Below are positions 37,743-46,023 of a stretch of 46,023 nucleotides of DNA, in pieces (the first letter of the stretch is position 1; each line of letters opens with the position of its first letter). The translations under genes and the position numbers were made by a program. Source of the DNA: Ignavibacteria bacterium. GTDB lineage: Bacteria; Bacteroidota; Ignavibacteria; UBA10030. Where the stretch lies: NCBI GenBank assembly GCA_016873755.1, contig VGWB01000003.1, positions 1 through 46,023 on the forward strand. The letters are read 5' to 3'. Below the pieces are notes generated by a model that made no database searches, was not told where the DNA came from, and saw nothing but the letters and a program-made list of their open reading frames with translations.

Positions 37743-38738
37743 CTATTCCCCCTTGGCATCCCTTGTCATGAGGTCTTGGGTTGCTATGTACGGATCCTTT
37801 GCTTCAAACAGCACCTGATAGACTTCCGTCATGATCGGTAGCTCAATATCATGCTTCTTTTCAATTTCTCGCACGGACTTCGCGGTGGCAACTCCTTCCG
37901 CGACCATGACCATCTCCTTCAAAACATCCTGTAGTTTCCTGCCCTTGCCAACCTGCTCACCGACGTATCGATTGCGGCTGTGACGGCTCATGCACGTCAC
38001 GATGAGATCTCCGACCCCCGACAGTCCTGCAAACGTTCGGGGTTGTGCACCAAGCTTCACTCCCAGGCGGGTTATCTCATAGATGCCCCGCGTCATGATG
38101 GCGGCCTTGGTGTTGTCGCCAAATCCGGCCCCATCACTGATCCCGGCAGCGATAGCGATGACATTCTTCAGTGCGCCACCCAACTCGACTCCTCGGATAT
38201 CCTCGTTCACGTACACTCTGAAATATCGTGTCATGAACGCCTCCTGGACGGTCTTTGCGGTCTTCTCCTTGAACGACGCTGCTACAATTGCGGTCGGGAT
38301 CTGTCGTGAGACCTCCTCCGAGTGACTCGGTCCCGAGAGGATCGCAAGGTTTTCCTTCCTCTCGCGCTCGAGTACATCCAGCAGCACCTCGGACATCGTC
38401 ATAAGCGTCGTGTTCTCGATACCCTTGGCGACATTGCAGACAATGGTCTTCTCGAGATCGAGGTGAGCGATTCTCGTGATGACAGGGCGAAGATACTGAG
38501 ACGGGACAGCTGCGACGATCATCGCCCGACCTTCGCATGCCGCCTCGATGTCGGCGACGATTCTTAGAGATGGCGGAAGAGGAATACCCGGAAGAAATTC
38601 GGGATTTTCATGGCGCTCCCGCATCAGCTCCGCTTGTTCCGGCTTGTACGTCCACAGGCTCACGTCGTGACCATTGCCGAGCAGAACCAATGCGAGGGTC
38701 GTTCCCCAACTTCCTGCGCCAAGAACGGTAACCTTCAT
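37743..38738 (-). CDS. gpsA: NAD(P)H-dependent glycerol-3-phosphate dehydrogenase
   Basis: GAGSWGT, KGIE, SGPSH, GGALKNVIAI, GLSGVGDLIVTC.SRHSRNR. Confidence 0.97.
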   Translation of the reverse strand: MKVTVLGAGSWGTTLALVLLGNGHDVSLWTYKPEQAELMRERHENPEFLPGIPLPPSLRIVADIEAACEGRAMIVAAVPSQYLRPVITRIAHLDLEKTIVCNVAKGIENTTLMTMSEVLLDVLERERKENLAILSGPSHSEEVSRQIPTAIVAASFKEKTAKTVQEAFMTRYFRVYVNEDIRGVELGGALKNVIAIAAGISDGAGFGDNTKAAIMTRGIYEITRLGVKLGAQPRTFAGLSGVGDLIVTCMSRHSRNRYVGEQVGKGRKLQDVLKEMVMVAEGVATAKSVREIEKKHDIELPIMTEVYQVLFEAKDPYIATQDLMTRDAKGE

Positions 38739-38831
38739 GGAACCACGCGAATATCTCTCAGGGTAGATGGTGCCTCCTGGACCATTCGTTGTTCGCTACG
38801 GAACGGTCCAGCGGGGCGAGCCGAAACCTAT

Positions 38832-39527
38832 TCACTGGGAGAGCTTGCCGGAGCCGTGCAGCTTTTCCCGAGAAAGTGCGGTGATCTTCTTCTCGGTCCC
38901 CTCGATCAAGCGCTTGATATTCTGGCGGTGAGAGTACACCAACAGCACAACGACAGAAAGGCTGAACACAATAAGTGTCTTGTAACTGTGAATTTCGTCG
39001 CCGATGATATTGTGACGCACGAAGAGTGAGAGAGGGAACGCAACGGCGGCGGAGATCGAACTCAGAGATACGGTCTTGTACGCCCAGAAGACGATCAGAA
39101 ACACGCCGACCGAGATCGCGAATTCCGTCGGTGCAATACCGATCAGTACACCTGCGCCCGTCGCAATGCCCTTCCCGCCTTTGAAACCGGCAAACATGGT
39201 CCAGATGTGACCGACGATCGCAGCCCCGCCACAGATCATTTGAATGATGGTGAAATCGTCGAACGGCGTCCTGTTGTAAAAGGGAAGTGTAGGATCCCAG
39301 AACAGCCGTGCGAACAGAACAGTGGCGACCACGGCTTTGCCGACATCAACGATCGTCACCAAAAGGCCGGATTTCCATCCCAGAACGCGGAACACGTTCG
39401 TCCCGCCTGCATTGCCGCTCCCCTTAGTCCGGATGTCAAATCCGTGGACCCACTTCGAGAGCATAATGCTGGTCGGAATCGACCCGATGATGTAGCTGAG
39501 AAGCACAACAATCGCGAGGTTAAGCAT
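38832..39527 (-). CDS. plsY: Acyl-phosphate glycerol-3-phosphate acyltransferase
   Basis: Canonical motifs GSGNAGGTNVFR, FKGGKGIAT, HRQNIKRLIEGTE. Confidence 0.95.
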   Translation of the reverse strand: MLNLAIVVLLSYIIGSIPTSIMLSKWVHGFDIRTKGSGNAGGTNVFRVLGWKSGLLVTIVDVGKAVVATVLFARLFWDPTLPFYNRTPFDDFTIIQMICGGAAIVGHIWTMFAGFKGGKGIATGAGVLIGIAPTEFAISVGVFLIVFWAYKTVSLSSISAAVAFPLSLFVRHNIIGDEIHSYKTLIVFSLSVVVLLVYSHRQNIKRLIEGTEKKITALSREKLHGSGKLSQ

Positions 39528-39570
39528 TCAGTACAGCCCTCTGGTGATGGTCGATCCGAATTTGTAAGTC

Positions 39571-39599
39571 AAGATACATCTTCCACCATTGAGAAGCAA
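39571..39599 (-). promoter_or_regulatory. Putative plsY-gpsA promoter
   Basis: Minus strand TTGCTT-N17-TATCTT in the ispD-plsY gap. Confidence 0.5.
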
Positions 39600-39626
39600 T
39601 ACGCAGTTACCTTCACCCCGGAACAA

Positions 39627-40361
39627 TCAGAGCAGCCCCCTGGTTCTCCACCGTTCCAGAATCAGCTTGCCCAGCTCCAGATCCTCGGGTGTGGTGATTT
39701 TGATATTGTCATACGACCCTTCGACGATTCGCGCCTTGACCCCAAGGCGCTCGACCAGTGCGGTTTCGTCAGTGGAGTAGAATCTGTCTCTTCGTGCTCT
39801 TTCGAAAGCCTTCAGCAGAAGAGAAGCCTTGAAGGCTTGTGGTGTCTGAATGAGCCAGAGCGCGTTGCGGTCCAGAGTCTGGTCGAAGAACTCCCCACCA
39901 GCCGACCGCCGGATGGTATCCTTCGGTTGAACAGCGAGCACTGCCGCGTTGTACACCTTGCAGGCCCTGACGAGTTGGGAAACCCTCTTCGAATCGACGA
40001 ACGGCCTCACGCCATCGTGCACAAGGACGATGTCTGACTGTCGAAGTGGCAGTCGCTTCAGCACGTTATAGACCGAGTCCTGACGCCTCTCGCCCCCCAC
40101 CGTAATCTTGCTGACTTTGTGAATCCGATATCGGGAGACAAGGGTTTCCATCTCGGCGATGGACTGCTCGGGGACCGCGATCGCGATCTCGTCCACATCA
40201 GGGCAATGCTCGAACCGTTGGAGCGTGTGCACCAGGATGGGCCGATCTCGCAGTTCAAGGAACTGCTTCTTCACGGATCCCCCGAGTCTCTTGCCGGCAC
40301 CCGCCGCTGGGACGATAACGACGACTTTTGGTCGATTTCGTGGCATAGTTGCAGAGATCAC
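39627..40361 (-). CDS. ispD: 2-C-methyl-D-erythritol 4-phosphate cytidylyltransferase
   Basis: PAAGAGKRLG..KQF, GGERRQDSV, VHDGVRP, QTPQAF, NIKITTPEDL. Confidence 0.95.
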   Translation of the reverse strand: MISATMPRNRPKVVVIVPAAGAGKRLGGSVKKQFLELRDRPILVHTLQRFEHCPDVDEIAIAVPEQSIAEMETLVSRYRIHKVSKITVGGERRQDSVYNVLKRLPLRQSDIVLVHDGVRPFVDSKRVSQLVRACKVYNAAVLAVQPKDTIRRSAGGEFFDQTLDRNALWLIQTPQAFKASLLLKAFERARRDRFYSTDETALVERLGVKARIVEGSYDNIKITTPEDLELGKLILERWRTRGLL

Positions 40362-40409
40362 AGGCCGTACCTCCCGCGCGTGGGCAACCTGGCGCAGGAG
40401 AGCCCGCGC

Positions 40410-41447
40410 TCACATAATGAGCATCGCGTCACCGTAGCTGTAAAACCGATATCTTTCCTTGATCCCGCGCTTGTAAGCCCGCAAGATGAACTCGTGACCT
40501 GCAAACGCGCTGACCAGCATCAGGAGCGTTGATTCAGGGAGATGGAAATTGGTGATAAGCCGGTCCACGATCTTGAAATCGTACGGCGGAAAAATGAACT
40601 TGTCCGTCCAACCTTTCGACGACTTAAGATGGCCATCCGACGTCACGCTGGACTCCAGAGCACGGGCCGTGCTTGTTCCAACGACGACCACGTTATGTTT
40701 CGTGTCGATCGACTTGTTGATGATCTGGGCCGCCTCGGGGGAGATCTCATAGTATTCGGAGTCCATCTTGTGCTTGGTCAGGTCCTCCACCTCCACCGGC
40801 CGGAACGAACCGAGCCCTACGTGGAGCAACACCGGCACGGTCTTGACCCCCTTGCTCTCGATCTTCCTCAAGAGCTGTTTGGTGAAATGCAGACCGGCCG
40901 TCGGTGCGGCGACCGCCCCCAACACGCGCGCGTAGACCGTTTGGTATGCTTCCTTGTCCTTCTCCGTTGCGTCGCGCTTGATGTAGTACGGCAGAGGTGT
41001 GATCCCGATGCGCTCGATGATTTTGAAAAAGTCACCCTTGTGATTGAAACGAACCGTCCGTCCGCGGGAGGTCGTGTTATCGATCACTTCGCACCACAAC
41101 TTCCCGTTGTCGAAGAAGATCTTGTTGCCGATGCGGACCTTGCGGGCGGGGTCGACGATGACATCCCAGATGTTCTCCTCCGCGTTCAGCTCGCGCAGGA
41201 GGAAGACCTCGATCTTGGCATTCGTCTTCTCTTTCTTACCGAACAGACGTGCCTGAAACACCTTCGTTTCATTGACGACCAGGCAGTCCCCCTTGGCGAG
41301 GTAGTCGACAATGTCGTAGAACCGGTGGTCTTCAATCGACTCGTCTGCACGGTTGAGTACCATCAAGTGCGAGTGATCACGCGGCTTGGCAGGATACTTT
41401 GCCACCAGGTTTCGCGGCAAAGGGTATTTGAAATCAGAGAGCTTCAT
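40410..41447 (-). CDS. queA: S-adenosylmethionine:tRNA ribosyltransferase-isomerase
   Basis: MKLSDF, YQTVYA, AAPTAGLHF, TNFHLPESTL, YRFYSYGDAMLI. Confidence 0.97.
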   Translation of the reverse strand: MKLSDFKYPLPRNLVAKYPAKPRDHSHLMVLNRADESIEDHRFYDIVDYLAKGDCLVVNETKVFQARLFGKKEKTNAKIEVFLLRELNAEENIWDVIVDPARKVRIGNKIFFDNGKLWCEVIDNTTSRGRTVRFNHKGDFFKIIERIGITPLPYYIKRDATEKDKEAYQTVYARVLGAVAAPTAGLHFTKQLLRKIESKGVKTVPVLLHVGLGSFRPVEVEDLTKHKMDSEYYEISPEAAQIINKSIDTKHNVVVVGTSTARALESSVTSDGHLKSSKGWTDKFIFPPYDFKIVDRLITNFHLPESTLLMLVSAFAGHEFILRAYKRGIKERYRFYSYGDAMLIM

Positions 41448-41545
41448 CTCTCTCTACCTCTCGTGTGTGGTAAGATGGCACTGACTCGACCTTTGTATCT
41501 TCCTGTTCCTCGGGTCTCCATGCGTCGACCGACGACGGCTGGCAA

Positions 41546-44326
41546 CTACCGTCGGCGTTTGCGTGCCCCCCTTCCTATCCGTGCTCGAGCTCGCCCCCGA
41601 GCTGTGGGCCTATCGTTGAGCAGAGACGCTCGCGCAGCCGCTAGTCGCGCGATCGGAACGCGGAACGGCGAGCAGCTGACGTAGTTCAGCCCGATGATGT
41701 GGCAGAACTCGATGCTTGAAGGATCGCCCCCGTGCTCACCGCAAATACCCAGCTTGATGTCCGGTCGCTTGTCCCTGCCTCGCTCGACAGCCATCTTCAT
41801 CAGCGCACCAACACCGGTCCGGTCGATCACTTCAAACGGGTCTTTCGCATAGATTTCCTTTTCGACGTACGGGAGGAGGAACCGACCTGCGTCGTCACGA
41901 CTGACCCCAAGCGTTGTTTGAGTGAGGTCGTTCGTACCGAAACTGAAGAACTCAGCGACCTCGGCAATTTCATCCGCCGTAATGGCACCCCGGGGAATTT
42001 CAATCATCGTCCCCACCAGATAGGGGAATCTCACGCCCTGCTCCCTGATCACTTCCTCGGCCGTCCGACGCACGATCTGCGCCTGATGATGGAGCTCCTT
42101 GACGTGGCCCACGAGCGGAATCATCACTTCCGGCTCGACTGGGATGCCGCGTTTCTTGACCTCGGCAGCAGCCTCGAAGATTGCCCGCGCCTGCATCTCG
42201 GTGATCTCGGGATAGATGATGCCCAGACGGCACCCGCGGAAGCCGAGCATCGGGTTGAACTCATGCAGCGAATCGACGCGCTGCTTGACCTTCTCGTACG
42301 GAACCCCCATCTGCTGCGCAAGCTCACGCTGTGCAGCCTCCTCGTGAGGGACGAATTCGTGCAACGGGGGGTCGATCGTGCGAATTGTCACCGGCCGACC
42401 GTCCATGACTTCGAAAATGCCTGCAAAGTCCTGGCGCTGCAGGGGCAGGAGCTTTGAGAGAGCGGCCTTCCGATCTGCGACGGTGTCTGCCAGGATCATT
42501 TCACGCATCGGCCCGATCTTTCCCTCGCCGAAGAACATATGCTCCGTGCGGCACAAACCGATCCCCTGAGCGCCAAACGCGACGGCGTTTGCCGATTGAT
42601 CCGGCTGATCTGCATTTGTCCGTATCTTCAAGCGCCGATATTTATCGGCCCACTTCATGATCTTCTCAAATTCTTGATACACCGGGGCGTCCTTCGGGTC
42701 CATCGTCTTTTCGATGAGAACCTGCAAGACTTCGGATGGCCTTGTGTCGATCTTTCCGTTGATGACTTCACCCGTAGTGCCGTCGATGGAAATCCAGTCG
42801 CCCTCGTTGATCACCTGCCCACTCACCTTCATCGTGTGAGTCGAATAATCGACTTCAAGCGTACTGCAGCCGGCGACGCACACCTTCCCCATTTGGCGGG
42901 CGACCAGAGCCGCGTGGGAGGTCATGCCGCCGCGGGCCGTGAGGATTCCTTCCGCGGCATCCATCCCTTTGATATCCTCTGGAGAGGTCTCAATTCGTGT
43001 CAAGATCACGGACTCGCCCCGCTTGGCCCACTCCTCGGCGTCATGCGCGTTGAAAACGACCCGTCCGGTTGCAGCGCCGGGGCCGGCGTTGAGCCCCTTT
43101 GCCAGCAGCCGTCCCGCCCTGACAGCCGACTCTTTCTCCTTTGCATCAAAAACGGGACGTAGCAGTTGATTGAGCTGGTCGGGGTGAATCCTGCGCAGCG
43201 CCTCCCGGTCGGTAATCAGCTTCTGCTGCACCATATCAACGGCGATCCTGATCTCTGCAAATGCTGTCCGCTTGCCAACGCGGCACTGCAGCATGTAGAG
43301 CTTGCCCTGCTGTATGGTAAACTCGATATCCATCATCTCCCGATAGTGTTTCTCCAGCACCTTCCTGAACTTGTCAAGCTCAGCATAGATCTTCGGATTC
43401 TGCTGCTTCATCTGAGAGATCGGGAGCGGCGTCCGGATGCCGGCGACGACATCTTCACCCTGGGCATTCATCAGGTATTCACCGTAGAAGACATTCTCAC
43501 CGGTCGCCGGGTCGCGTGTGAATCCGACGCCTGTTCCGGAGTCTTCACCCATGTTCCCGAACACCATCGTCTGAATGTTGACCGCCGTGCCCCACCATTC
43601 GGGAATATCATACAGCTTGCGGTAGGCAATTGCCCGCTCGTTCATCCATGAGCCAAACACTGCCCCGATCGCACCCCAGAGTTGATCCATCGGATCCTCC
43701 GGGAAATCCCTGCCAGTCTTTTCCTTCACCGCCTTTTTGAACCGCTCGATGAGATCTTTCAGATCGTCGGCCCCAAGCTCGGTGTCAAGATGCACCCCTT
43801 TTTCCCTCTTCTTCTGCTCGATAATCGCCTCGAACGGATCGATGTCGTCCTTGTGGACCGGCTTCAGCCCCAGCACGACATCCCCGTACATCTGAACAAA
43901 GCGGCGATACGAATCGAAGACAAAGCGCTCATTGCCGGTTCTCTCGACGAGACCTTGCACGGTTTGATTGTTCAGGCCGAGGTTCAGCACGGTATCCATC
44001 ATTCCGGGCATCGAAGCGCGCGCACCGGACCGCACGGAAACAAGCAAGGGATTGGCTGGATCACCAAGCTTTGCGCCCATGGCTTTCTCCACTTTCGCAA
44101 GCGCCGCCTCTACTTCTTTCCTCAGTGTCTTCGGGTAGGTGTTCCCGTGCTTGTAAAAGTAAGTGCAGACTTCTGTCGAGATCGTGAATCCGGGAGGAAC
44201 GGGCAAACCGATGTTGGTCATCTCCGCGAGATTCGCTCCCTTGCCGCCGAGCAAGCCCTTCATCTCGGCAGTGCCTTCAGCCTTACCGCTTCCAAAGAAA
44301 TAGACGTACTTGGCTCTGTTCGCCAT
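41546..44326 (-). CDS. ppdK: Pyruvate, phosphate dikinase
   Basis: [32 protein letters not shown] phospho-His, [23 protein letters not shown]. Confidence 0.98.
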   Translation of the reverse strand: MANRAKYVYFFGSGKAEGTAEMKGLLGGKGANLAEMTNIGLPVPPGFTISTEVCTYFYKHGNTYPKTLRKEVEAALAKVEKAMGAKLGDPANPLLVSVRSGARASMPGMMDTVLNLGLNNQTVQGLVERTGNERFVFDSYRRFVQMYGDVVLGLKPVHKDDIDPFEAIIEQKKREKGVHLDTELGADDLKDLIERFKKAVKEKTGRDFPEDPMDQLWGAIGAVFGSWMNERAIAYRKLYDIPEWWGTAVNIQTMVFGNMGEDSGTGVGFTRDPATGENVFYGEYLMNAQGEDVVAGIRTPLPISQMKQQNPKIYAELDKFRKVLEKHYREMMDIEFTIQQGKLYMLQCRVGKRTAFAEIRIAVDMVQQKLITDREALRRIHPDQLNQLLRPVFDAKEKESAVRAGRLLAKGLNAGPGAATGRVVFNAHDAEEWAKRGESVILTRIETSPEDIKGMDAAEGILTARGGMTSHAALVARQMGKVCVAGCSTLEVDYSTHTMKVSGQVINEGDWISIDGTTGEVINGKIDTRPSEVLQVLIEKTMDPKDAPVYQEFEKIMKWADKYRRLKIRTNADQPDQSANAVAFGAQGIGLCRTEHMFFGEGKIGPMREMILADTVADRKAALSKLLPLQRQDFAGIFEVMDGRPVTIRTIDPPLHEFVPHEEAAQRELAQQMGVPYEKVKQRVDSLHEFNPMLGFRGCRLGIIYPEITEMQARAIFEAAAEVKKRGIPVEPEVMIPLVGHVKELHHQAQIVRRTAEEVIREQGVRFPYLVGTMIEIPRGAITADEIAEVAEFFSFGTNDLTQTTLGVSRDDAGRFLLPYVEKEIYAKDPFEVIDRTGVGALMKMAVERGRDKRPDIKLGICGEHGGDPSSIEFCHIIGLNYVSCSPFRVPIARLAAARASLLNDRPTARGRARARIGRGARKRRR

Positions 44327-44353
44327 GGTCGACTTCTCTCTTTCTGGTGATCA

Positions 44354-45082
44354 CTATGAAATGATAGATGTGGATGGTGACTTCTGATTCTTTGAATACT
44401 GAATTTCCTTGAAGAAGTGCTTGACAACATTCTTCGACGCCGGGCTCTCGAACTCCTTCATTCGCTCCGGGTGCCATTGCACCAACAGGAGGAACGGCAT
44501 CCGATCCTTGAGGATCCATTCCGCCGCCTCGATGACTCCGTTCGGAGACATCGCACTCATCATCAGCCCGTTACCAAGCCCGCTGACAGCCTGATGGTGA
44601 GAAGAGTTCACGCTCAGCTCGCTGGCTCCCGTGACTGCGTTGAGCATCGACTGCGCCGCTATCTGCACGGTATGCTCGCTGTCGTGCCCTTCTCTGCTGC
44701 TGTGGTTCTCATAATCCGAAGAAGGAAGGTCCACGATGAGCGAGCCGCCCAGGAAGACGTTCATGACCTGCATGCCGCGGCAGATACCCAGAATGGGAAG
44801 ATCGCTGTCAAGAGCACGCTCGATGAGATCGAATTCGAACTCATCCCGCTGTTCATCGACTCCGCGCGCACGAGGGAGAGCGTCAGGCATACCGTAGTAT
44901 CCAGGATGAACATCTCCCCCGCCGGTGAGCAGCAGTGCGTCAACGGCCTTGATCTGACCCGCATTCCGGTCACGATATGAGAGCACGACGATCTCCACAG
45001 ACGGATCGAGCCGATGAAGCCAGCTTGCGTAAAGACCGGATTTCCGGCCTGTTTCCATCGTGTCCGTTATGCCGACCCGCAT
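44354..45082 (-). CDS. Peptidase C26 / gamma-glutamyl-GABA hydrolase-like glutamine amidotransferase
   Basis: LTGGGDVHP, LGICRGMQ, VNSSHHQAV, VQWHPE. Confidence 0.88.
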   Translation of the reverse strand: MRVGITDTMETGRKSGLYASWLHRLDPSVEIVVLSYRDRNAGQIKAVDALLLTGGGDVHPGYYGMPDALPRARGVDEQRDEFEFDLIERALDSDLPILGICRGMQVMNVFLGGSLIVDLPSSDYENHSSREGHDSEHTVQIAAQSMLNAVTGASELSVNSSHHQAVSGLGNGLMMSAMSPNGVIEAAEWILKDRMPFLLLVQWHPERMKEFESPASKNVVKHFFKEIQYSKNQKSPSTSIIS

Positions 45083-45111
45083 GATCGTGCTGACCCTTCC
45101 TCTCGAAAGCC

Positions 45112-46023
45112 CTAGATCCTTGCCAGCGCTGCCGTGAGATGCTGTTCCCCTGCAATGACCTCGTGCTCGATCTCAACGTAGAAAAGCGGCGCTCGTTCCG
45201 TCAATTCCCGCGCGCCCAACCCGGATCCCTTCAGCCGTACGATATCCTTCTCTGTCGTTACCAGGTAGTCAGCCCCGGTGTGTTGAAAGGTTGTCTCGAC
45301 TTCCTTCAAATCGTTCACGCTGAAGCGATGATGATCTGGAAAACGGAAATGCTTCACGACTTCAAGTTGCAGCGATCTCATTGTTTCCTCGAATCCTTCC
45401 GGGATTCCGATCCCCGAGAACGCGACGACGCGCTTTCCATCCAGGCTCTTCAGGTCGACACTGAATCCGGAGACCGCCTTCTTGAACGCACGGACACGCA
45501 CACGCACGCCAATAGCCGGCTTGCGAAACTGAGCGTGCAAGGGCCCCTCCAAGGAGACCCAGTGTTCTCTATTGGCCACGTGGGAAACGACAAGGAGATC
45601 GGCGCGCCGCAGCGCTCCCAATGACTCCCGCCGGTTTCCAGCCGGAAGCAGCCAATCACGAGAGAACACTTCGTCGGCGGAAACGAGAGCGACGTCGAGG
45701 TCACGCTTCAGGTACCGGTGCTGGAATCCGTCATCCAGAACGATGATATCGACATCGAAATGCTCCCTCGCATACTGAGCACCTCGCACCCGAAGCTCAT
45801 CGACGACAACCACGACGCCGGGCAGCTTTTCAGACATCTGTGCCGGCTCGTCTCCCGTGGCATCAGCCTCGGCACACTTGACTTCCCCGTTGCTGACGAC
45901 AACGGTCCCCGTGCTCTTGCGCCGATAGCCCCGGCTCACGATTGCCACCTTCCGGCCGCGCTGTGTCAACCGCCTCACGAGCAACTCCACGAACGGCGTC
46001 TTGCCGACCCCGCCGACGGAGAT
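45112..46023 (-). CDS. lpxK: Tetraacyldisaccharide 4'-kinase (5' end beyond the window)
   Basis: SVGGVGKTP at the window edge, SRGY, GDEP, LDDGFQH, LPAGNRRE, FPDHH, TTEKD. Confidence 0.93.
   Translation of the reverse strand: MSVGGVGKTPFVELLVRRLTQRGRKVAIVSRGYRRKSTGTVVVSNGEVKCAEADATGDEPAQMSEKLPGVVVVVDELRVRGAQYAREHFDVDIIVLDDGFQHRYLKRDLDVALVSADEVFSRDWLLPAGNRRESLGALRRADLLVVSHVANREHWVSLEGPLHAQFRKPAIGVRVRVRAFKKAVSGFSVDLKSLDGKRVVAFSGIGIPEGFEETMRSLQLEVVKHFRFPDHHRFSVNDLKEVETTFQHTGADYLVTTEKDIVRLKGSGLGARELTERAPLFYVEIEHEVIAGEQHLTAALARI

Overview
Mostly core-genome DNA from a GC-rich Gram-negative bacterium. Gene content (lpxK, GWxTD protein, DUF3108-like protein, CIRCE-controlled groESL) and TTG-N17-TAnnTT promoters suggest the FCB group, probably Ignavibacteria-like (inference). 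Plus strand, 0-7 kb: degenerate IS481-like ORF, tRNA(CAU), tilS-hpt-ftsH, a polyprenol-kinase-family gene and a vapBC-type toxin-antitoxin pair. Minus strand, 7-46 kb, in transcription order: lpxK (partial), C26 amidohydrolase, ppdK, queA, ispD, plsY, gpsA, a divergent second plsY, an HtrA protease, purB, ALDH, lat, nadE, a RAYT-RsmI fusion, groES/groEL, dnaG, ferredoxin plus geranylgeranyl reductase, GT9, DUF3108-like, a DHS-like protein, CPBP protease, cdsA, rimO, GWxTD, Omp85, a DGGGP-synthase-like UbiA, rnhB, yraN, pncB, pncA, cstA and an RNase H-like protein. Main oddities: (1) an intact HUH/Y1 REP-associated transposase fused in frame to the 16S rRNA methyltransferase RsmI through a linker encoded by its own putative REP palindromes, with REP doublets on both sides of rsmI; (2) small hairpin units inserted just before GAA, nested in a REP-like element and in the T-loop of a duplicated tRNA 3' half; (3) archaeal-type isoprenoid-ether-lipid enzyme homologues alongside bacterial G3P-ester lipid genes and a motif-divergent PlsY; (4) an intact but apparently DDE-less integrase-core ORF. 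All calls come from reading motifs by eye; no searches were run.
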